Under the pieces are notes generated by a model, which was not told the origin of the DNA, did no database searches, and worked only from the letters and a program-made list of their open reading frames with translations. 64,000 nucleotides of DNA from Terriglobia bacterium (GTDB taxonomy: Bacteria; Acidobacteriota; Terriglobia; Terriglobales; Acidobacteriaceae), in contig CAVRZO010000005.1 of assembly GCA_963725615.1 (NCBI GenBank), forward strand, positions 33,710 through 97,709. Reading direction: 5' to 3'. Numbering within the stretch: position 1 is the stretch's first letter; the number at the start of each line of letters is the position of its first letter. Below, one piece after another: positions 30,348 through 39,171 of the stretch. The translations under genes and the position numbers were made by a program.

Positions 30348-33300
30348 ATGCTTCACTACGGCAAATTCCTGGTGCTCACGACGTTGGTTGCGTTGATGCC
30401 CTGCCTGGCCGCACGGGCTCAGCACAGGAAAACGACCGGCGGCCCGAACCGCGCAACGCGGTCAGGTGCGACACGAACGGTGGAACCGTCCGACCTGGCC
30501 AAGGACAACCTGTTACGCGTAGCCGCGTCTTCCGCCCAAATCCAGAGCGTGCTGGCCAGAGATGCAGGTATCCTGGTCGAACTGAAGGCCTGGGTAGCCA
30601 AAGAAGCGACCGATAACGGACAGGTTGTGGACGACTCTCTGCTGACCGATCTGGCCATCTTTGACCGGCTCGATCGCGATGTGGAATTCCGCTCCGTGGC
30701 CACGCGCATGGTGCAGCGTTACGGTTACCTGCTGCCCAGCGTCAATCCCGATTCGGAGATCGCAAAGCAGCAGGAACTGGTCTTGAAAGAGCGCGCTCAC
30801 ATCATGGCGCAACGACAGGACCAGGAACAGGCCGCGCTGCTGGCGGCTGCCGAAAGTGAACGGAAGCAGCAACAGGAGCAAGCAAGAGTTGAACGGACCG
30901 CCTGCGATCCACGAAATCAAAGCACCTGCAATGGACCAGGCGTGGCGGGAAGAGGAACAGCAGGGTCATTTCAGGGTGACATCACGATACCTGACATGAC
31001 CATGCCCATCATGCCAGACCAGATGTCTCCCTCCAGTTCGCAGCGAACCTTGCGACGGATCCTCCGCCGACCCGTCGGACTCTGGCGGGCTTTCAAGTAT
31101 GGGTTCGGGTCTGACGCTGGCTTCAGACTCTGCGCGGTACCCGTCGGGCGGCGCTTCAAGCGGCGGCGTCGGCGCAGGTACAGGCGCTGGTATGGGGATG
31201 GGTGCGGGTATGTCCGGTGGTATGCCAGCGGGCGGTATGGATGGTCTCGACGGCCTGCTTCGCCGCGGCAACCTTGAGGATCTTTCCGCTGCTGGGAACC
31301 GCCCTGATGCGACCACAGCCTCGTTGAAAGACATGAACCGGACGGTGCGGCTGCCGGGCTCGCGTGGGGTATGGGGTGAAACCGACAGGGACCTTCCGCC
31401 GGTGGCCATGGTTCACAAGGTCAGTCCTTACGCCGATATTCCCTCGCTGTACGACATGTACGTACAGGCTGCTTCCCGGGACCGCGACCCCGAGCGCTTC
31501 GGCATGGAGATGTTCCGCAACGGAACCCGAGAACTGGACGCCATTCCCATGGATCTGCCGGTCGGGCCGGACTACGTCGTTGGACCCGGCGATGGTCTGG
31601 CCATCAACCTGTGGGGCGGCGTGTCGCAGAGAATGATTCGATCCGTGGACCGCGAAGGACGGATCACTCTCCCCGAAGCCGGGCCGGTGCTGGTAAGCGG
31701 GCGGACTCTGGGAGAGGTGCAGGAATCGGTGCAGCAGGTTCTGCGCTCCCAGTTCCGGGACGTTTCGGCGGATGTCTCTCTGTCGCGATTGCGAACCATT
31801 CGCGTGTATGTTGTGGGAGAAGTCGCCGAGCCGGGCGCTTACGATATCAGTTCGCTTTCGACGCCGCTAAACGCGTTATTCGCCGCCGGAGGAATTACCC
31901 AGCGCGGCTCACTGCGCAACCTGAAACATTACCGGGGCAAGCAACTCATCGAAGAAGTCGATGCCTACGACCTGTTGCTGCACGGCGTGGGTTCTGACCT
32001 CAAGCGGCTGGAGAATGGTGACTCGTTGCTGGTTCCCCCGATTGGCGGACAGGTCACGGTGAGCGGAATGGTGCGGCGTCCCGCAGTCTACGAATTGCGC
32101 GGAGAAAGTTCGCTGGCCGAAGTGCTCGATCTGGCGGGCGGAATCCTGCCGGCCGCGGCCCTGCGGCACATCGAGGTGCAGCGTCTGGAGGCGCACGAGA
32201 AGCGCACCATGCTGACGTTGGATCTTTCGCCCGACGGCACTCCCGACAGCGTGACCAAACAGCTCACCAGTTTCAAAGTTCAGGATGGCGACCAGATCCA
32301 TATCTTTCCCATCGCCCCCTACAACGAGCAGGCGATCTACCTGCAGGGACATGTTCTTCGTCCCGGACGCTATTCCTATCACGACGGCATGACGCTGAAG
32401 GACATGATTGCCTCTTACGGCGATCTCCTGCCGGAACCCGCGGCACACTATGGCGAGATCGTGCGGCTGAATCCGCCCGATTTCCGTCCCAGCGTGGAAA
32501 GCTTTGACTTGACGGCGGCGCTGGCCAATCCGGCGGCGTCTCCGACGCTGCAACCGCTCGACACAGTGCGCATCTTCAGCCGTTTCGATTTCGAACCCGC
32601 TCCCACGGTTTGGGTGGGTGGCGAGGTTCGCTCCCCCGGAAAGTATCCCACCTCGGGACAGGTGCGTTTGCGGGATGCGATCTATCTGGCGGGAGGAGAT
32701 TTCCACCGACGCCGGTCTGGACACGGCCCAGTTCTTCCGCACCGAGACCGATGGCACCCTGAAAATTTTCAGCGTCAACCTGGGAGGAGCGCTGGCGGGG
32801 AATTCCACGGACAACATTCTGCTCGAGCCCCGCGATCGCTTGCTGGTCCACCGCAATTCCGCCCAGGTGGAGCCGGCAACCGTGTATGTGAAAGGCGAAG
32901 TGGCCAAGCCCGGCCGCTATCCGCTGACCACCAATATGCACGTCGAGGACCTGGTGAAGGTAGCGGGCGGGCTGAAGAGAAGCGCCGACCCGGTGCAGGC
33001 CGATCTGACCCGCTACGCGCTGGGTGCGCAGACCGGCACTTCGTATGAAAAGTTGCCGGTCGAACTTTCGGCGGCGTTAAGCGGCAATGGAAACAACAAC
33101 CTTCAGCTGCGTGACGGAGACGTGCTCACCATTCGCCAGACCCCGGGGTGGAATGACATCGCGGCGTCGGCCACGGTCCGCGGCGAAGTTCAGCATCCTG
33201 GTTCTTACGGCATTCGGCCGGGTGAGCGCCTGAGCTCGGTTCTGGAGCGAGCCGGAGGGTTCACGCCCCAGGCCTATCCTTACGGCGCAGTGTTGATGCG

Positions 33301-33920
33301 GCGCGAGGTGCGCGATGTCGAGATGAAGTCTCACATGGCGCTGGTGCAGCGGATCAAGTCTGAGCAGGTAAACATCAAAGCCCTTCCCGAAACCGATGCC
33401 GACCAGAGAAACCAGAAACTGACCGCAATCGCGCAGACCGAAACCGCCTCAATCAACTGGAGTCCACCGCGCCGGTTGGCCGGGTCGTCGTGCACATCCG
33501 GCCTGATGTCAATCAGTGGCGAGATACCCCGGCGGATGTGGCGCTGCGCGATGGCGATGTGCTCTTGATACCCAAGAAGGCAAATTACGTAATGGTATCG
33601 GGACAGGTCTTCAACCAGACCGCCATCAGCTACCGGCCAGGCCGCAGCGCCCGCTGGTATCTGAGCCAGGCGGGAGGAATGACCCAGCTGGCCGATAGAG
33701 GCGCAGTTTTCGTGGTCCGTGGCGATGGCTCGGTGCTCGCCGCGAAAAATAACTCGGGATGGTGGGCGGGCGATCCGCTGCGCGCCTCTTTAAGGCCCGG
33801 CGACTCGATCGTGGTGCCGGAAAAGCCCCCAAGATCGGGACCCGCAACTGGACGACGGCCCTGCAGGCAGCTCAGATTGCGACCTCTGTCGCTCTCACCA
33901 TTGCCTACATCAAGCCGTAA
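30348..33920 (+). pseudogene. giant outer-membrane polysaccharide export protein (about 1190 aa; Poly_export plus about 7 SLBB-like repeats), frame-disrupted as assembled (at least 4 breaks)
   Basis: Signal: MLHYGKFLVLTTLVALMPCLAARAQ. An N-terminal Gln/Glu-rich region is followed by a Gly/Met-rich stretch (GAGTGAGMGMGAGMSGGMPAGGMDG). Poly_export motif: PDYVVGPGDGLAINLWGG...DREGRITLPEAGPVLVSGRTLGEV. Repeats: VYVVGEVAEPGAY, VTVSGMVRRPAVY, IYLQGHVLRPGRY, VWVGGEVRSPGKY, VYVKGEVAKPGRY, ATVRGEVQHPGSY, VMVSGQVFNQTAI. Fragments are ORFs 30348-31277, 31099-33048, 32618-33568 and 33490-34257. The final frame ends ...TSVALTIAYIKP*, TAA 33918-33920. Confidence 0.75.
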
Positions 33921-36471
33921 TGAGGACGAGTCTGCGAAATGGGGGCAAGTTGCAGTGCTGGCTGTGCGCCTGGATTGTGGTCAGTCTGACGCCGGAGAAC
34001 CTGCCTTTTGTGCCGCTCAGCAGACGCAGACACAGGGCGGGAATAGAGGAGACGCGAAGAATCCTCCGCGCAGCAGGAAAAAAGCGCAAGATCCCACGGA
34101 CGCTCGACCATGGGGGAAATTGACACGCGCCTCAGCGGGTCTGGCAAGGATTTCGTGCTGGACCAGAAGCACATCTGGACTAGTCCGGCCCGTCTTCGAT
34201 TCTCGGACACGGAATGGCTGGTGCCGCTGGCGGGTATCTCGACGGGATTTTTTGTGACCGACCGCGACGTCAGCCGCACTTGTCTCATGTCCCAAACACC
34301 GTCAGCCGCTACAGCAACTATTCGAATGCTGGCATCGGCGCGCTGGTCGGCAGTGCGGCCGGTCTGTGGTTGTTAAGCTTTCCCTCTCACAACGAACATT
34401 GGCGGGAGACGGGCCTGCTGGCGGGCGAAGCCGCGATGAACAGCTTGTTGACCGTCGAAGCATTCAAGTACACGCTGAGGCGTGAGCGCCCCCTCCAAGG
34501 GGAGGGCGCCGGCCAACTTTTTCAAGGGGGGACGTCGCTTCCGTCGGAACACGCGGCGGCAGCATGGGCAGTCGCCGGAGTGATCGCGCACGAGTATCCC
34601 GGTCCGCTTCCCAAACTGTTCGCGTACGGCCTGGCTTCGGCCGTGAGCTACTCCCGCATTCGCGGAGTGCAACACTTCCCCTCCGATGTCTTCATTGGCG
34701 GGATCATGGGAAATCTGATCGCACAGCAAATTTACAGCCGGCATCATGATCCAGAGTTGGGCGGGGATAGCTGGACCTCGGTCAGCGATTGGTTTCGCAA
34801 AACCCGCACCTCTCCGGAAAATTGGGGATCACCGTATGTCCCTCTGGATAGCTGGGTTTATCCCGCGTTTGACCGCTCGCGGCCTTTGGCCTGATTGACA
34901 GCGGATTTGCCGGCATGCGGCCTTGGACCCGCCGCGAGTGTGCCCGCCTCGTTAGTGAAGCGGAAGATCGCAGGTGGAGGTCGATGCCGACGATAGCGAC
35001 CGGCAGGGCCTGGTGAGCGAACTGGAGGGCGAATTCCGCCCGGAAATTCAAGCCAGCGAAGACAGCGAAAACGCGGCCTTTCGCGTCGAGTCCTTATACT
35101 CGCGGGCTGAGTATATTTCCGGAACGCCGATTCGCGACGGCTACCACTTTGCGCAGACTCAAATCAATGATTTTGGACGACCCTACGGCCAGGGCTGGAA
35201 CACCGCAACCGGTTTCTCCTCTTACTCCACAGAAGGCCGGTGGGTAGCCTATCTTCGCGGTGAATGGCAGAGTGCCGGGATTGCCTCCGTTCTCCCTGGC
35301 TGCCCGCGAAACCATTGGGCAAGTAGACCACATCGAGCAGCCGCCTCCCGGCACTCCGGTGCCCTCTGTCAGCCAGTTCCAGCTACTGGATGCCTACGTT
35401 GGTCTGATGTTCTCGAACTGGCAGGTCACGTTCGGGCGCCAGAGCCTGTTGTGGGGCCCGGGTGACGGTGGGCCGCTGATGTTGAGCGACAACGCCGCCC
35501 CGCTCAACATGTTCCGGATTAATCGGGTCACGCCGTTCAAGTTGCCCAGCATACTGGGTTGGCTAGGACCTTTGCGGCTCGAGTTTTTTCTCGGGCAGCT
35601 GGAAGGACATCAATTGTCAACGGCATCACGGGGAGCTACGGCAGCTTTCTTCACACTCTCCACCCTCAGCCCATGATTCATGGCGAGAGATTCACCTTCA
35701 AGCCGACTCCGAATTTCGAATTCGGATTTTCCCGGACCGGGATTTTTGCCGGAGAGGACGTTCCTTTCACGCTGCACGCCTTGAAAACAGCCTTTTCAGT
35801 CGGGGAAGCCGGCCGGGAACCCCGGATCCGGGCGATCGACGATCGGGACTGGACTGGACTTATCGGGTACCCAAGCTGCGCGACTGGGCCACGTTCTATG
35901 GCGATGCCTTTGCCGACGACCAGATTTCCCCCATTGCATACTTCGATCGCTCCGCCATTCGCGCCGGTCTTTTTTTCTCGCATATGCCACTAGTTCCGAA
36001 GCTCGATCTGCGGGTCGAAGGCGTCTACACCGATTTGCCTGCAGGAGGAGCCCTAAGCCACGGCTTCTTCTACTCCAATGTCCGCTATCTGAACGGTTAC
36101 ACCAACCAGGGACAATTGCTCGGCAGCTGGATCGGACGAGAGGGACAGGGTGCAGAGGGATGGGCAAACTATTGGTTTGGTACGCGTAATCGGCTGCAGT
36201 TCAACTATAGACACCAGAAGGTAAGTCATCAGTTCATCCCGGAGGCGGCACGCTGACTGACGTTGGGGTGCGCAGTGATTATTGGCTGCGTCCAAATCTC
36301 GGCCTGTCGGCATGGGTCCAATACGAACGCTGGTTGTTCCCTGTGATTCAGCCCAACTTCTCCCGCAATGTGACGGCCGGGGTTGAGGTGCAGTTTCAGC
36401 CTCAAAAACTGTTTCGACGCTCTCCGGACAGTCTGGTAGACAATCCGTCTCGAATCGGAGGTCGGCCATGA
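33920..36471 (+). pseudogene. PAP2 (acid phosphatase) domain fused to a Wzi-like capsule-assembly outer-membrane beta-barrel domain, frame-disrupted as assembled (at least 7 breaks)
   Basis: PAP2 motifs KYTLRRERP, PSEH and SRIRGVQHFPSD, and the start of the Wzi-like region (SPYVPLDSWVYPAFDR), all lie in one uninterrupted ORF (34214-34894). The sequence continues through fragments 34974-35465, 35260-35676, 35559-35993, 35984-36256 and 36268-36471. The start at 33920 overlaps the exporter stop (TAATG) but is tentative. Confidence 0.6.
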
Positions 36472-36867
36472 AAGCCCGAGGCCATGTTTTCTTCGACTTC
36501 ACCGATGTCGTGATTGATTGCGTGTTCAATCTTGCTTCTGCTGCGCGCCGGAATCACCACCAACAAGCGATTTCACGGGGTGCGAAGAGCGGAATTCTTC
36601 GCAACATGTTCCAGCTCGCTCTGCAGTCGTGCGTTTCTCTTTGACGAACTGGGATTTTGAATTCGGTCTTCTTGGGCAGTATCCGGTTCGGGGGAATCGA
36701 TTTAGATCACATGCACCCTGGGGGTGAGAGGGCGAAGCTGTGCAGAGGAGGCGTTCAGAGATGGTTTGGCATGGGCGCATAATTGGGGAGCTGACGGTCT
36801 CGGAGGAATCGGCTGGTTATTCTCGGTATGTCACAAACCTCATCTCAAATAAGCGCCACGAGGTGAA

Positions 36868-37584
36868 ATGAACATCCACGCAGCTTACCGTCCTTTTTTG
36901 CGCTACTTTCGTAGTAAGCGTATGGCTGAGTTTCAGCGGTTGTTCGGTATCACACCGCAAACCAGGATTCTGGATGTCGGTGGGACCATTGCGACTTGGT
37001 CGCTCTCTGCCCTTCGTCCTAAGGTAACCCTGCTAAACCTGTCCCCTTCGAGGTTTGACGGCAGAGATATGCAATGCGTAGTTGGGGATGGACTACAGTT
37101 GCCGTTCAAGGACGGTGCTTTCGACGTGGTATTCAGCAACTCAGTGATCGAGCATCTTGGAGATTGGGGTATGCAACAGAATCTAGCGCGCGAGATCGTC
37201 AGGGTGGGACGTTACTATTACGTACAAACACCCAATCGCTGGTTCTTCTTGGAACCTCATCTGATGACGCCGTTCATCCACTTCTTGCCCAGGAGTTGGC
37301 AGCGGCGGATGCTTCGCAATTGCACGGTTTGGGGCCTGGTCATGCGGCCGACCGCCCAGCAATGTGACCAATTCCTGAAAGAAGTTCGATTGCTGTCGGT
37401 GGCGGAAATGGAATTGCTCTTTGCCGATGGGAAGATTTTGCGGGAAAAGGTCGCGGGGATGACCAAATCAATTATCGCGGTCCGACCCCCTTCCCGGCCC
37501 TTCCCAGAGACATCCCCAGTGATCACGAATGTCGGCACCCTCCCAGAAAGCAGCTTGTCGGGCCGTGCTTACCAGAACGAGTGA
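36868..37584 (+). CDS. class I SAM-dependent methyltransferase (Methyltransf_11-like)
   Basis: RILDVGGTIATW..., GLQLPFKDGAFDVVFSNSVIEHLGDW..., REIVRVGRYYYVQTPN. Confidence 0.75.
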   Translation: MNIHAAYRPFLRYFRSKRMAEFQRLFGITPQTRILDVGGTIATWSLSALRPKVTLLNLSPSRFDGRDMQCVVGDGLQLPFKDGAFDVVFSNSVIEHLGDWGMQQNLAREIVRVGRYYYVQTPNRWFFLEPHLMTPFIHFLPRSWQRRMLRNCTVWGLVMRPTAQQCDQFLKEVRLLSVAEMELLFADGKILREKVAGMTKSIIAVRPPSRPFPETSPVITNVGTLPESSLSGRAYQNE

Positions 37585-39104
37585 TGAAAAAACAGCGAGT
37601 GATCAAGGACAACATGCATCCTTCAGTCGGACTCGACAATCTCCCCAAAGAGGTGAAGAGCGGGATACGGGCTCTTGACGTGCGAGTAACCGAACCGGTT
37701 GAGAAGCCGCGCGCGGTGGCTCACTTCCGCCGGGTCATTACTGCTTGTGAAGCCGTCGCCGATCTCTTGACCATCACGCTGGCCGTGGCCCTGGGCTATT
37801 TGTTGTACTACGATCTCGCGCTCGGCAAGCGAATTCACTACCCCGCTCACGCCGTACTCGGCCTGGCATTCGGATTTGCCATCGTAATGGTCCTGATGCT
37901 GGATCGAGCGGGAGCCTACGGCCGCGGCGGCAGTCTGCTCCGGGTGAAGGAGACGGAACAGGTATTGCGCGTTTCTGCACAGGTGTTTCTGATTGTGGTT
38001 GCGGTCAGCTTTTTCAGCAGCTTCCTCTTCTCGCGTTGGCTCCTGGTGCTCTGCCTGACTCTGGTCCCATTCGCCCTATTCGTCGAAAAGACTTTCATGT
38101 ATCTGCTGATACGGGCGCTTCACTCCAGAGGATACGGTATCGAGAAAGTATTGATATACGGCTCCGGGGCCACCGGGCGGCGCGTGTTTTCTGTTCTTAA
38201 ACGGTCCCCGAAGCTGGGACTCGAGCCCGTTGCCCTGGTAGATGATGATCCATCCAAAGCTGGTAGCACGGTTTTCGAGATGGGCTACGAGCGGCGGCGT
38301 TGCGCACCAGTACTCAAAGGACCGGTGACCCGGGAATTGATTGCCCGCCTGGGAGTGGACCTCGTAATCGTCGCTATCCCCTCCATCGGACGCGAACGGT
38401 TCGCCAGTACTGTAGAGGACGCGTTTGGGGCGAAAGCCAGAATCTCTTTTGTTCCGAGTCATTTTCTCTCGTCGGACCCGTGGATCTGTTACCAGGACAT
38501 TGACGGCGTCCTGCTGGCGTCCCTGGGAGGATCGCCACACCGTGTGGTCTACGAAGCCGTGAAGCGGGTCTGCGATTTCGCGGGATCTTTCGTTCTGCTC
38601 ATCCTGGGATCTCCGGTCTTCTTGTTGATGAGCCTCTTGATCAAAATGGATTCGCCGGGTCCGGCATGGTTCCGCCAGGAGCGGGTGGGCAAGAACGGTG
38701 AACTTTTTAGCATGTACAAATTCCGCACCATGCACCAGAGGGCGGCTCCCTACGATTTCTCGCCCCGCGAGACCAACGATCCCCGGATCACTCGGGTTGG
38801 AAGGTTGCTTCGCCGTACGAGTCTGGATGAGTTGCCGCAACTCCTGAATGTTCTGCAGGGTAATATGTCGTTAGTGGGTCCACGGCCGGAGATGCCCTTT
38901 ATTGTCGAACAGTACACGGAAAGGCATCGCCAGAGACTGCAAGTCAAACCCGGGCTTACCGGCTTGTGGCAACTCAGCGGAGACCGCGCCGTCTTCATTC
39001 ACGAAAACGTCGAATACGATCTTTACTACATTCAGCACCGTAACTTCTTTATGGATCTGGCTATCTTGCTGCATACGACAATTTTTGCGATGCGCGGAGT
39101 TTAA
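37584..39104 (+). CDS. polyprenyl glycosylphosphotransferase (WcaJ/WbaP/EpsB 'bacterial sugar transferase' family), initiating enzyme
   Basis: N-terminal TM bundle plus CoA-binding-like linker (VLIYGSGATGRRV...). Catalytic C-terminus: SPGPAWFRQERVGKNGELFSMYKFRTM...DPRITRVGRLLRRTSLDELPQLLNVLQGNMSLVGPRPE...KPGLTGLWQLSGDR. ATG 37584 overlaps the upstream stop (TGATG). The ORF track offers GTG 37581. Confidence 0.9.
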   Translation: MKKQRVIKDNMHPSVGLDNLPKEVKSGIRALDVRVTEPVEKPRAVAHFRRVITACEAVADLLTITLAVALGYLLYYDLALGKRIHYPAHAVLGLAFGFAIVMVLMLDRAGAYGRGGSLLRVKETEQVLRVSAQVFLIVVAVSFFSSFLFSRWLLVLCLTLVPFALFVEKTFMYLLIRALHSRGYGIEKVLIYGSGATGRRVFSVLKRSPKLGLEPVALVDDDPSKAGSTVFEMGYERRRCAPVLKGPVTRELIARLGVDLVIVAIPSIGRERFASTVEDAFGAKARISFVPSHFLSSDPWICYQDIDGVLLASLGGSPHRVVYEAVKRVCDFAGSFVLLILGSPVFLLMSLLIKMDSPGPAWFRQERVGKNGELFSMYKFRTMHQRAAPYDFSPRETNDPRITRVGRLLRRTSLDELPQLLNVLQGNMSLVGPRPEMPFIVEQYTERHRQRLQVKPGLTGLWQLSGDRAVFIHENVEYDLYYIQHRNFFMDLAILLHTTIFAMRGV

Positions 39105-39171
39105 GAGTAGGGATTCGCCAGGTCGTTGAAGGTCCGTCTATGAGAGGCTTTGTCGTGCAGGAGCACACCCA

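Noticed and set aside
31909-32907. 332-aa minus-strand ORF inside the giant exporter
   Set aside because: It is antisense to SLBB repeats that are clearly coding on the plus strand.
36468-36644. 58-codon ORF starting with an ATGA overlap on the Wzi-like stop
   Set aside because: The overlap is suggestive of coupling, but the peptide (MKARGHVFFDFTDVVIDCVFNLASAARRNHHQQ...) has no TM, signal or family features. The length is below what I can support. It is mentioned under the spacer finding only.
38076-38840. 254-aa minus-strand ORF
   Set aside because: It is antisense to the WcaJ-type sugar transferase, whose plus-strand catalytic motifs are unambiguous.
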